From contig JAWMAR010000647.1 of the NCBI GenBank assembly GCA_036785375.1, forward strand, positions 62,001-126,000: a DNA stretch of 64,000 bases, written 5' to 3'. The notes below the pieces were generated by a model that was not told the DNA's origin, did no database searches, and worked only from the letters and a program-made list of their open reading frames with translations. Positions 23,801 to 33,729 of this stretch are shown here, piece after piece. The DNA comes from Leucoraja ocellata. Lineage: Eukaryota. Position 1 is the first letter of the stretch. Every line of letters begins with the position of its first letter. Made by a program: the position numbers and the translations under genes.

Positions 23801-26800
23801 ATGATTTTTTCCAGATTAGAGGCGCCGGATCATCAGTTGCCAGAAAATCAGTTGTAGACTTGTATCTGCCATGATATTCATTGCCAAGGACCCAACAGGA
23901 AGATTTTGGATGGATCAAGAAAGGAGATCTTTTCAATTGATTTGCTGCTTCCGACAAGGGTACCTACACCATCCGGCTCCAAAGTCTCTCCATGTCATCC
24001 TCCTAGGCGGGACTGCTTGTGCTTGGGTCTTTGGTTATTTATCCAGTCATAGAGAATTATTGGAAACAGATTCACTTTCCATGCAGTCTCTTCTGGTGGC
24101 ATGTGTGAGGAATTCATGGTCACCTGACATTTCATCAACATGTTTCTGAAGCTCATTTAAGAAATGCAGCTGTCATCTGCATTAAAATATTAAATATTAT
24201 ACCAGAGACAATCTTATCAAATACAAAGTTGCAGTTGGAACAGAGAAACATATCTGGGTGGGAATATGCAGAATCACTCCTTTTCAGAATTGAACTTGGT
24301 TTTCACCATGGCACTAAGTTTAACAGCCCTGGTGTCTGGAGAGTGCAGAGAAAATAATGCGCAATATTAGTTCCCATTTGACCTACCTTCACCCTTTGTG
24401 GTTTCTACTTCAAACAAATAATCTAAATTAATGGAACAGAATTTGATGAGCAAATAGGAATCTAAAACAAAGTTACACATACTTGGGACATCATGAAAAT
24501 TTCCAATATTGGAGACTAGATTACTTTCTTTTGTAATTTGTATCACTGCCATCTTTTGCAAACAGTAGAATAATTCTAAATTCTTCCATTTTAATTTGCC
24601 TTTAATTCATCTATGCTGCCCCAATACTTACTCAAACCTAGTCAGTTTGTAAAGTGCTACTTTGAAACGTATTAATTGCATCCCATAGAAAATTAAGACT
24701 TTGCATTTGTTTTCTTTTAACCATTGCTGAAGGATTCATTCTGTCTGCTGCAGTGGATGCAAACTAATTCCTTTTCCACAAAGTTCCTAATTGCAAAAAC
24801 AATCTACACAAAATAAGAACACAAACATCCTCTAATTTCATAAAATAATTAATGAATGCATTAACCTGCCTTGGGGGGGAAAAGTCAACATAGAAAGAAG
24901 GCTATCAAAATTTTGACTTAAATATTTTATAGGATGAGCAAGATACAAAACCAGAACAGGAAGCAGGAATCATCTTCTGAAATAGCTGATAAACTACCAC
25001 TTTCTAATTTTATTCAATATTTTGAATCTGGGCAGGGTAGGGCAGGGCAGAGGGGCAGGGGAAGATGAAATGAACTTACTTTCACAGCACTAAGGTCCAT
25101 GGGATGTTTAACAATATCATGGTAATCATGAAGTCCCAATGCTTTGGCATCCACAGGCTCGTAGAAAGGCCAAGCATATGTAGCATGCCTCTTTTCTAGC
25201 ATTTCTTTGAGAATGTTATTACAATCCTGCAAATGTTCCATTATTTTTTCACTCTTTCCAGCTTGATGTTGAGAATCTGGTAGATCCTTTGTTGGTAACT
25301 TGATGGGCTGACTGGTTAACTTCTGAGAACAGTTTTTTGTAGACTTTCTTGGCAAGGGTTCACTACTTGTATTGAAAGTAGTAGTCGGTGTTGTAGTATC
25401 TGCCTTCCTTTTTACACCTTTCTTTACCTTTTACAAAAATAGTCAGTTAAAGTGGGCAATGATTTTGAAAATAAAAGCATACAGAATCAGAATAGGAAAT
25501 AGGTAGAAATAACTAATAAGAAATAAGATCAACTTCTTAGCTAATTGAATATTTCAATTCCACCCCGACTTCCTTGAAATACTTGGCAAAGCAATAACTA
25601 ACATAAAAACAGAGCAGGTTATTTTTATAATTAGAGAAAATATCTTCAAATAGATTGGTTAAAATGTCTGATCTAAATGGTTTCTCAGTTTAAAACAAGC
25701 TCAATTGATAAATTAGAAAACTGACAATGGAAAGGCAAAAAAAAATAAAATGCTGGAAATACTCTGTATTCAGGCAACATTTTGTGAGAGTTTACTTTTC
25801 AGATCCATGGCCTGAAGCAGCTTTTGACGAGGCCACTGACATAGAACATTTCTCTCTCCACAGAATTCTGCCCATCGTGCTGTATACTTAGAACTCCTAT
25901 TTAAAAAGCAATTAATAGTTTGACAAAGTATGCCAATTGACAAAACAAAATGCTGTAATAACTCGGGGGGGGGGGAGGGGGTTGTGAGTGGAGGAGCAAG
26001 ACACAGGAAAGAGGGAGGGGAGGGTGACTTAAAATTGGAGAATTCAATGTTCAGACTATTGGGTTATAAGCTAGCCAAGCGGAAAAGGAAGTGCTCTTCC
26101 TCCAGTTTATGTGTGGCCTCACTCTTGCAATGGAGGAAGCCCAGGAGAAAAAGAAAGATCAGAATGGAAATGGGAGATAAAATGGTTAACAACCCGAAGA
26201 CCCAGCAGGCTTAGTGGACCGAGCCCAAGTGCTTGGTGAAATGGTTGTCTAGGGTGGCCAGCGACGCAGTAGTGGAGTTGCTGCCTTACAGGATCTGAGA
26301 CCCGGGTTCAATCCAGACTAATGGTGCTTGTCTGTATCTGGATTGATACAAGGGAATTAATAAAGGGCACATATAGATGTGCAACTCGATCAAGGATAGA
26401 GTGGACTGATTTGGATTGATTTCTGTGGCATGCTGGAAGTTGAGGGGAGACCTGTTTGGCGGCGCGACACCGGTTGCAGCGGCCCCTACAGCCTGTCTGT
26501 CTTTTTAAAAATGTTTTGTCTAGTTAAATGTAGTTATTCGTGTTTTTTAATACTGTTTAACTGTGTATATGTGGGGGGCGGGGGGGGGGAAAGGGGGAAA
26601 CTTAAATAAATCTCTTCCCTGCACGAGAGACCCGACCTTTTCCCTGTCGGGTCTCCGTTGTCGTTGGGGCCTAGTCCGTGGAGCGGCCTCCAGCCGGAAC
26701 GACCTTGGGACTCCAGTCGCGGAGCCTGCGGTGCGGCAGGCTCACCATCGTGGGGCTGGCCGGCCTTGGAGCGTGGGGAGTGGTGGTGGCTCGCTGCTGC

Positions 26801-29800
26801 GGCCCGACCCTGGAGCGCGGAAGCTCCAGACCGGTGGACTGGGACATCGTGAGCTCGCGGGTCCGGGTGGGAGACCGCTTTTCGGAGCTCCCACAATGCA
26901 ACTTCTCCAGCCCGTGTCACGGGGTTGGAACGACCAGGAGCGGGGCCATACATCGCCCGGCGCGGTCTTAAATGGCCGTGGAACTTACCATCGCCCGCCT
27001 GGGGCTTCAACATCGGGAGAGAAATGGTGCAGGGGGGAGAAAAGACTTTGCCTTCCATCACAGCGAGGAGATTCACTGTGATGGATGTTTGTGTGAATTG
27101 AATTACATAGAAACATAGAAATTAGGTGCAGGAGTAGGCCATTCGGCCCTTCGAGCCTGCACCGCCATTCAATATGATCATGGCTGATCATCCAACTCAG
27201 TATCCCGTACCTGCCTTCTCTCCATACCCCCTGAACCCCTTAGCCACAAGGGCCACATCTAACTCCTAAATATAGCCAATGAACTGGCCTCAACTACCCT
27301 CTGTGGCAGAGAGTTCCAGAGATTCACCACTCTCTGCGTGAAAAAAGTTCTTCTCATCTCGGTTTTAAAGGATTTCCCCTTTATCCTTAAGCTGTGACCC
27401 CTTGTCCTGGACTTCCCTAACATCGGGAACAATCTTCCTGCATCTAGCCTGTCCAACCCCTTAAGAATTTTGTAAGTTTCTATAAGATCCCCTCTCAATC
27501 TTCTAAATTCTAGAGAGTATAAACCAAGTCTATCCAGTCTTTCTTCATAAGACAGTCCTGACATCCCAGGAATCAGTCTGGTGAACCGTCTCTGCACTCC
27601 CTCTATGGCAATAATGTCCTTCCTCAGATTTGGAGACCAAAACTGTACGCAATACTCCAGGTGTGGTCTCACCAAGACCCTGTACAACTGCAGTAGAACC
27701 TCTCTGCTCCTATACTCAAATCCTTTTGCAATGAAAGCTAACATACCATTCGCTTTCTTTACTGCCTGCTGCACCTGCATGCCTACCTTCAATGACTGGT
27801 GTACCATGACACCCAGGTCTCGCTGCATCTCCCCCTTTCCCAATCGGCCACCATTTAGATAATAGTCTGCTGTCCTGTTTTTGCCACCAAAATGGATAAC
27901 CTCACATTTATCCACATTATACTGCATCTGACAAACATTTGCCCACTCACCCAGCCTATCCAAGTCACCCTGCAGTCTCCTAGCATCCTCCTCACAGCTA
28001 ACACTGCCCCCCAGCTTAGTGTCATCCGCAAACATGGAGATATTGCCTTCAATTCCCTCATCCAGATCATTAATGAATTGTGTGTATGTCTTGTAGGAAA
28101 TTGGCTTTGTTTATATGGCTGTGGAAACGGAGTTTCGTTTGAGCCTCACTGAGGTTCAAATGACATGTAATAAATATTGTATATTGTATTGTATCGAGTT
28201 TGTAAGCTATCCCTGTGACCATGTGGGTTTGCTCCAGATGCTCTGGTTCCCTCGCACATTTCAAGGACGTGCAGGTCTGTAGGTTAATTGGCTTTTGTAA
28301 ATTGTCTCTAGTTTGCAACAACAAACTAGTGTATGGGTGATTGCTAGTTGGCATGGACCCGGTGGGCTGAAGGGCCTGTTTCCATGGTGTCTCTCTAAAA
28401 TGTTTCCAATTGGTCTCATCGATATAAAGGAAGCCACTGAATGCAATAGAAAATGGCCTTCTTTACAAAGAATAGTGATAAACAAAAATACTGGGAACAT
28501 AAATCAGGTCTGCTGAATAGCTGTGTTGCAGAGAGACTGCCCCCTCGCGTGAAAGATGTGCTCTCTAGTCTTTGATATTTCCACCATGGGATAAAGGTTT
28601 GACTGTCCATAATCATGCCCTTCATAATTCTATATACTTCTATCAGGTCTCTCCTCAACTTCCAGCATTCCACAGAAAACAATCCAAGTCAGTCCACTCT
28701 ATCCTTGATAGAGTTGCACATCTATATGTGCCCTTTATTAATTCCCTTTATTTCTCAAATTCCTTGCTGTACAGTACAAAGTAAATATGGACAACTTGTT
28801 TCCTTCCCCTGCCCCTTAACATTGTTTCATCTAAGTTCTTGACTAATTTAATAGAAATTGCATTCTGTCATCACATTCCAATCTCACTTCAGATTCTAAG
28901 TATTGAATTACTTTATTTTTGAGCAATATCCAGTACATGAAACAAAATGTGTCATGCTTTCTTAAATTCCCATTCAAAAATAGAAACACTTACTTTTATA
29001 ACTGGTTGACTTGCTGAAATTAGAGGAGGAACTGAAGTAATTGGTAATGAAGTTGTTTCTGTTTGGATTGATAGCACTGGTTTCTGAATTTGCACTTCAG
29101 AAGCAGGTGGACATAATTTTGATTGCACAGTTGAGGACACGGCTGGCAGCAAACAAATAGGGCATTATTATGTTCATAGAACACTAAAAGCAATTAATAT
29201 TTGTATTACTGTCTGCCACATTTGTATTAATAACTCATCTGACAGTTATGTGGAGACACACAATGCAAGTAATTTTGTTGAAGTAATAGCTTGAAATAAA
29301 TATGCAGCAAAAAGGCTATTTTATATTAAATCATATGAATATTAAAGTATTTTCATACACACACACACAAATAGGCTTCAAAAACCCTTATTTCTTGTTT
29401 ATTTTCCAATACGTTTTATACCATAACAACAAGTGATGGAATTAATAGTCTGGGAAATGCTTCTTGGCTCCTTTAACTATTTGCACATATTATAACACAT
29501 AGTACAAATTTATGTTGCATTATTTCCAATTCTGCTATAAATAATACTTATTGGTTAAGATATATTTAATGCAAATATTAGAAAGTTCTCAGAATAGATT
29601 TGATTGTAAGTATAACAGATAGTTTGGATAGTGGTGTCAAGATAAAAATGTCACTGGAGCAATTTGGCCACTGAACCTCAATCTCTTTAGTTCCAAGAGA
29701 AAGTCAATGGTTAATAACCAACTGCACATAATAATCAGATCAAAGTTAGAAAGAGCAATTTTGGGCATGTTATAACTAAAAACCATATGCAGGAAAAATA

Positions 29801-32225
29801 GTTAAATTTGGGGGAAAAAAAAGTGGAATGCCTGTATCATATCATCATATAATCTATCTATATTAATAAAACTCTTCTCTTGTTTGTGTGAGTGAGAGGT
29901 AGAGGGGCGGGCAGGCAGAGGGGGGCGGGCAGAGGGGGGCGGGCAGAGGGGGGCGGGCACAATCTAGTTAATTCCTATTTTCTTCCAACCGCTAGGCCAC
30001 AGCCTTCCCATTTTCACACATTCTACTCACATTTTTCCGGTCGAGACGATAAACATCATCCCGTCGCATTCTCACCTATATTTCTGACGCCCGGTGGGGA
30101 GGGTGGTACTGGAGCTGGAGTGAGAGCCGAGCCCGGGGCTTGGGATGGGGCTGTGACCGGGGCCGAGCCCGAAGATGAAGTTGTAGCCTGCACTATGGCC
30201 CAGGCGGCGGTGAAGCTGATGGCTCGAGTCTACAGCCAGGGCCGGGCCGAGTATGAGAACCAGGCCGAGTTCCAGGCCCTGGCGTTGCTCTACGACCTGG
30301 GTGGGTGCTGCAGCAGGGAACGCGAGTGAGGGGAGGAGGATGAGGGATATGAGGGTGAGAGGAGGGGGTAGTTGCCACGTCCCCCTCACTCCCACGTCCC
30401 CCCCCCCACCCACTCCGCCTCCCCTCCCTTTTGGGGGCTATGCGTGCTTGGTGCAATATTGCGTGGGGGAAACAGGTTGCGTTGGGGGAATGGGTGGAAT
30501 CTTGCTTTGGGGGGGGCACTTGGTCTAGTCTACTATAAAACTATCTTCCAATTCACTCCAACCATGGCTATTCTACTAGATCCTTCAAAATTGGATACGT
30601 GTTAGTTTTATCGAGCCACTAAAAACTTGTCTAACATAATTAAATCCCAGGAACTTAGCAATAACTGGAAATCTTATATGAATATTATACTAGATATAAT
30701 GAAAAAGGTTTGTGACACCTGTTTTTCACTGAAATATACAGTTCATCTCACAAAATTAAAGAAGTTGTTTATATATAAACAAGGAACACATCCATTTGAT
30801 TACCTGCCCCTTTCCCTTTTCTGCGTGTTCCTCTTTTATTAGCCATTGAAAGCTCTATTTCCTCTTGTGGCATTTTTGCCACCTTCTGTAGAAACAGCTT
30901 CTCCAGTGCTTGTGCCATGAGAACTATATCGTCACCCGGCTATAAAACAGACACTGGTTATGTTGATAATGATATAACCTTAAAAAGATTTACAGAGCAA
31001 TGTAAAATGCAATCACATACCCGATTATATACATAGCAGTTGGTAAACATTGTATTTAAGTCCTCTATACACTCCATAGCTTGACAATAATATTTGTTTT
31101 CCAAACGTTTTTTTATTGTACCCAAATCCATTGGCTTCTTTGTTATTTGATAATAATCCTGCGAGAACAAAACATTGACAATTAGATCAGTATTTAGTTA
31201 TTTTTAATTTTTCCATTGCTTTATTAGTTCATCATTTAATAGGATTTTAAAATTCAACAAAATGTATAGAAGGGTCTCAACCCGAAACGTCACCTATTCC
31301 TTTTCTTCAAAGATGCTGTCTGACCCGCTGAGTTACTGCAGCTTTTTGCGTCTATCTTTACTTTAAAACAATCCTGTGAACATGTAGACTTTAAAAATTG
31401 GGAAATTAATAGTTAGGTAGAGCATAGTATTTATTCACTCTTCAGTAAAGGAAGGAAGGTATCTCCAAAAAAAAATTATGATGAAATGCAAAATATTTTT
31501 GGGTCAGTTTGTGTTCATATGTCAGCAGAAATCTGCAGCAGATTTGGATGGAGAAATTATCAAACACCACCTTGATGCTTACCAATGATATGACAGTGGG
31601 TCTAGGGTGAGAAAAGATAGACAAAATGTTGATAAAACAAAACATGACAAAACGAGCAAGGTTAAGGAAACATATTTTGTTAGGAAAAATAAATGCAATC
31701 AATGGAAAAATGAAATCCTGAAATAACACAAGAGAGACTGCAGCTGCTGAGATTTAGTGCATAAAGAAAAACTGCTGGAGGAACTCTGGGTCAGGCACCA
31801 TCTGGAAGAGCAAAGGAATAATCGATCCTGATCCAGGGAAATGCAGATACAACAGAAGCTAGGAGTTGATTAGTAGAGATAGAGGGTTAACAGATTATGC
31901 AGCAAATTAAAAAAAAAAAGGTGAAGACCAAAACCACGTAAGAGATGATACGATAAAAATATACACGTACAGGCAAATTCAGCTTCACAGCATCAACAGG
32001 CTGCTGGAATGGCCATGCAAAATGGTGCTTCCACAAAGCTTTAATCACCACTTTCTGCAAATATTGCAACTGATTTGTCATGCTCCTGGTTTTATTTGGA
32101 TTGCAGTATTCTGGTGGCTGAGGATTCACACATGTACGTTCATGCAAGGCCCCATTTTCTTCCTTTGATGACATGACAAGTTCTTCAGAGGCAATTGCTA
32201 TTTTGTTATTATAAAAAATGTCCAT
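5752..32225 (-). CDS. brdt: BET-family bromodomain protein, BRDT-like (11 coding exons, ~690 aa: BD1, motif A, BD2, motif B, ET, SEED)
   Basis: Spliced join: 32225-31971, 31158-31021, 30939-30804, 29142-28994, 25427-25080, 17393-17265, 15414-15229, 8573-8389, 6471-6185, 6092-5973, 5891-5752. Total 2073 nt, open, phases consistent. BRDT-like residues: [27 protein letters not shown]. Confidence 0.85.
5973..6092 (-). CDS. brdt: brdt exon (post-ET coiled coil)
   Basis: Boundaries tgtgtag|...|gtatgt; encodes [35 protein letters not shown]. Confidence 0.92.
6185..6471 (-). CDS. brdt: brdt exon (ET domain)
   Basis: Boundaries atacag|...|gtgagt; encodes [72 protein letters not shown]. Confidence 0.96.
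7467..8276 (-). mobile_element. Young CR1 (HER1-like) LINE, 5'-truncated
   Basis: ORF2 C-terminus KCEVIHFGG...[15 protein letters not shown]...; 3' tail of TTTCTATG-type repeats; nearly identical to the copies at 27.1-28.1 kb and 63.5-64 kb. Confidence 0.95.
8389..8573 (-). CDS. brdt: brdt exon (motif B and basic region)
   Basis: Boundaries ctgccag|...AG|gtacag; encodes [35 protein letters not shown]. Confidence 0.93.
8925..9016 (+). repeat. Short interspersed repeat 3' end with an (aag)n tail; a related copy lies at 41848-41945 on the minus strand
   Basis: tttaggctgtgcacgc...aagaag is shared, in inverted orientation, with the 41.9 kb copy. Confidence 0.55.
9387..9892 (-). mobile_element. 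Penelope-like element fragment (GIY-YIG endonuclease plus terminal repeat with a hammerhead motif)
   Basis: Minus strand encodes [20 protein letters not shown]...[11 protein letters not shown]; downstream is ctgaagaatggtcttgacccgaaacgtc. Confidence 0.88.
10427..10642 (-). repeat. 3' LTR of a Gypsy element
   Basis: TGTA...TACA termini, polypurine tract cgggaaagga immediately upstream on the minus strand, and an internal AATAAA at ~10469-10474. Confidence 0.75.
10705..11682 (-). pseudogene. Gypsy integrase remnant (catalytic core and C-terminus; HHCC and first Asp missing)
   Basis: Motifs [55 protein letters not shown]. Confidence 0.85.
11667..14390 (-). CDS. Gypsy gag-pol polyprotein (Gag zinc knuckle, protease, RT, RNase H)
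   Basis: Uninterrupted ~907 aa ORF: [68 protein letters not shown]. Confidence 0.93.
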   Translation of the reverse strand: MASSCRKPSPLVFDADIAERWDTFVMDYNHYVNIAHRNDPAAVKAFLLLNLAGPDAMRRAKSFVYRPAVLGEDDQLVEPAESPDDPVCLLRKFTEICDLPSNRILERARFFSRKQQPEEPVECFIADLRHLSQRCRFGELCDQLTRDILVTGMLDQKLRSDLLRRPDLTLNEAVHACRIAEVVTPFREERGSGNRAVRVAALSVPRRPPNCFKPQPRPAPAPRPQSARKCPNCGYGHLPQSPCPAYGKACNYCRKQNHFAAVCRSHGNAAQPPRQVFSNLQRIESVLDSQYIEESAPESDSSISMGDASVYALLHNQTRLPDPSVLVTVNDKTFAAKLDSGAKVSVISTSLFHQIRSNERLTADRSVLRAYRGEELTPVGRVTFHCKLQKTSRDLSFFVLDCDCVPLLSNQACQDLGLVAFDSTVHEVRVVLDPVSEYPGLFDDQLGKLPLVYKITTDSSITPVCRPSRRVSFAMKDKVKAMLDKMVNLGVLEAISKPTSWVSTMVATIKKGKNEIRVCINPKDLNTAIKRPHYPMRTVEDVAAQVGQATVFSVLDARSSFWQIPLHSQSTDLTAFATPFGRYKFLRMPFGISSASEVFQRSMEQLFAGLPCAIIVDDILVYGRDVTEHDRNLRRVLDRAHQINLKLNPSKCRFQLSEVSYVGHIFTSRGLKPDPNQTAAISEFPAPVDVAGLQRFLGMVNYVGKFVPCLSELSAPLRLLTKKDVAWSWSPQHQQSFDNLKKMLVNTPVLRFFDLRLPIVVTCDASRFDLGAACMQLCDGDSLLPVSFASRTMTDTEQRYAQIEKELLAVVFACSKFRDFLFGVRFMVETDHQPLVTILIKPIHAAPARLQRMMLQLQRFEFNIVYRRGTEMHVADALSMLCPYEQEDLHVLNVNFVPSKQLRCRLR
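15229..15414 (-). CDS. brdt: brdt exon (end of BD2 and Ser-rich linker)
   Basis: Boundaries gcacag|...CAG|gtaaca; encodes [10 protein letters not shown]...LAQLQDQ. Confidence 0.93.
17265..17393 (-). CDS. brdt: brdt exon (BD2 C-terminal half), followed by a GC donor
   Basis: Boundaries ataag|...CAG|gcgagt; encodes [43 protein letters not shown]. Confidence 0.93.
18640..18990 (-). mobile_element. Rex1/Babar LINE reverse transcriptase fragment
   Basis: Minus strand gives [17 protein letters not shown] and a degenerate LLFIDxSSAFN. Confidence 0.7.
19113..19870 (-). mobile_element. RTE-clade LINE 3' fragment
   Basis: LLYGAESWT...QLRWTGHV...[10 protein letters not shown], a C-terminal CPRC...HLQTH zinc finger, and a (GAT)n tail. 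Confidence 0.88.
23496..23862 (+). mobile_element. Non-autonomous Tc1/mariner (pogo/Tigger-like) MITE
   Basis: Imperfect TIRs caggtcaaccaccaattatc / gaaaatcagttgtagacttg, followed by TA. Confidence 0.55.
25080..25427 (-). CDS. brdt: brdt exon (motif A and BD2 N-terminal half)
   Basis: Boundaries aaag|...|gtaagt; encodes [16 protein letters not shown]...[36 protein letters not shown]. Confidence 0.96.
25940..26250 (-). mobile_element. Degenerate Penelope-like GIY-YIG fragment
   Basis: Homologous to 9640-9890 (gcctcactcttgcaatggaggaagcccagg). Confidence 0.7.
26455..28190 (+). mobile_element. GC-rich non-autonomous retroelement with AATAAA and a (tgtat)n tail, itself interrupted by CR1
   Basis: CpG-rich body at 26455-27104 resumes at 28075 and ends gaggttcaaatgacatgtaataaatattgtatattgtattgtat. 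Confidence 0.65.
27105..28074 (-). mobile_element. Young CR1 LINE, 5'-truncated, with an open 258-aa ORF2 C-terminus
   Basis: FADDTKLGG...LQGDLDRL...[11 protein letters not shown]; catagaaacatagaaa tail. Confidence 0.95.
28994..29142 (-). CDS. brdt: brdt exon (inter-bromodomain linker)
   Basis: Boundaries ctgccag|...AAA|gtaagt; phase 1 to phase 0 matches both neighbours; S/T/P-rich. Confidence 0.85.
29853..30528 (+). mobile_element. Non-autonomous Helitron-like element containing a captured gene fragment
   Basis: Host A|TCTATCTATATTAATAAAA ... GGTCTAG|T host; no TSD or TIR; GC-rich interior within an AT-rich intron. Confidence 0.7.
30224..30300 (+). pseudogene. Captured exon fragment resembling SAC3D1 (SAC3/GANP domain)
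   Basis: [26 protein letters not shown] followed by the donor G|gtgggt. Resembles my recollection of SAC3D1 (RRCYARG...RQPAFQGLFLLYNLG). Confidence 0.55.
30804..30939 (-). CDS. brdt: brdt exon (BD1 C-terminus)
   Basis: Boundaries ttttatag|...G|gtaatc; encodes [29 protein letters not shown]. Confidence 0.96.
31021..31158 (-). CDS. brdt: brdt exon (BD1 middle)
   Basis: Boundaries ctcgcag|...|gtatgt; encodes [46 protein letters not shown]. Confidence 0.96.
31971..32225 (-). CDS. brdt: brdt first coding exon (exon begins at 32262; BD1 N-terminus)
   Basis: Acceptor tttaacag|, donor CCT|gtacgt; encodes [49 protein letters not shown]. An alternative start Met lies at 32174. Confidence 0.93.
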
Positions 32226-32760
32226 TCAATGATCTTGAACCCATTATAGCTTCATGGTGTATCTGTTAAATGCAAACAATATAGTTTAGAATCATAGCCA
32301 CTATTAAAAAGCAAACAATTTATCAACTGAAAAGGAAAGATATATGAAACATCATGAATTGAGCGTCAACTGGTGTTGAAATTGTGGTTGCATAAATATT
32401 AGGATGACAGAAATGTCATAAGAAGCAAACAAAAGCAAATTATTCAATTTATACCAATGATGAAGATATAAAAACATACCATTCAAAAAACTGTTTTGTT
32501 TTTGTCTCACTGGAGAAACCAGGTCTTGCATGGCATAAGATACTACAAGCATCCTACTCATAAGGAATAATATTGGAGAAAAAAATAAATCTTTTCACGA
32601 TCACCAGTGAATTGGCATTAGCTAGAATTAGAATTAGGTACAAGCCACTTAGGCCCAAATTCTTGCAACCTCAGACCCTGACAAAAGGACAAGCTGCTTG
32701 TTTCAACTGCATTTACTTTACTGCAAGGGGTCTCAAAGGGTAGACGAATGAGCTGAGAGC

Positions 32761-33095
32761 ATTGAATTGAATAAATTGAATTGAATAAATTTTATTAGCC
32801 AAATATGTATACATACAAGGAATTTGCTTTGGTGCTTTGCTCGCAAGTTACAACACGATATACAGTAGACAATTAAAAATAAAACATTATAATTTAAACG
32901 TGTGAAGAATTAAATAAAATACCAGAGCACAAGGAGGCTAGAGACTTTTGGCTGTTGAGAAGAGCTACCGCTCGTGGGGAAAAAAAAGCTGATTTTATGT
33001 CTGGGTGTGGCAGCTTTGACAATCTGGAGTCGCCTTCCAGAGGGAAGTGCTTCAAAGAGTTTGTGGCCAGGATGAGAGGGATCAGAGATGATCTT
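32761..33095 (-). mobile_element. Rex1/Babar LINE 3' end
   Basis: DPSHPGHKLFEALPSGRRL...RAVALLN and a (ttcaa)n tail. Confidence 0.8.
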
Positions 33096-33109
33096 AGGGG
33101 TCAGAGCAT

Positions 33110-33610
33110 GTATCAGTACATGGAATTATGATATAGCAGCAATGATATAATCATTACTGAGGGAAGGGCAGGACTGGCAGCTCGACATCCAGGGATGTAG
33201 AAGTTTTAGGTGTGCTAGATCAGGGAGAATATTGCATTAGTACTCCGGAAGATATTTGGAGTGATTGGTCAATGGGGCTACGAATTTAGGAGGAATGCGA
33301 AAGAGGCAGTCAAATTTGATGGGAGTTATATTATAGTCCTTCCAAAGATCTGCTCTTCTGATTCATGCTGACATGTGGGCACATAGCAGAAGAATGTGAA
33401 AATAGGTTTGTGCTTGTGGAGATTAACTTTCCCAATATTGACCGGGACTGCTTTAGTGTAAAGGGCCGAGATTAAGTTAAATTCATAAAAGGCATTCAAG
33501 GTTCTATTTAAAGCAGTATATGGAGCCCTACTATGAAAGTAGCTGTACACTACCTTTGCTCAAGGAATGAGGATGGGCAAGTGGTGGCTGTGTCTGTGGA
33601 GGAACATGTT
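33110..33610 (+). mobile_element. Degenerate CR1 endonuclease-domain fragment
   Basis: Decayed EGQDWQLDIQG and FPNIDxD-like motifs. Confidence 0.55.
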
Positions 33611-33619
33611 GAAATATGT

Positions 33620-33729
33620 CCACGAGAGCCCCGAGTACCTACAAACGGCTGTTACCGTAATTCTCCGTGTTCGAATCAGGGGAAACTCGGGAGAACTCTT
33701 GAATTAGCTTGTACAGTGGGACAGCCCCT
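33620..33729 (+). mobile_element. 3' end of a PIF/Harbinger-like MITE
   Basis: Terminates cagtgggacagcccc followed by TTA; no partner end was seen. Confidence 0.45.

Larger units (their letters stand above)
26252..28400 (+). mobile_element. HE1-like tRNA-derived SINE split by a nested insertion (pieces 26252-26338 and 28190-28400)
   Basis: B-box gggttcaatcc in the 5' piece; the body resumes as gagtttgta...gtgggtttgctcc after the insert; tgtatc is duplicated at both junctions. Confidence 0.75.

Noticed and set aside
23190-24180. Coding-looking stretches in the long brdt intron
   Set aside because: They contain stops, are not needed for the phase-consistent gene model, and show no family resemblance.
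26534-27081. Overlapping 170-180 aa ORFs on both strands
   Set aside because: GC-rich non-autonomous repeat with few stop codons; no recognisable domain.
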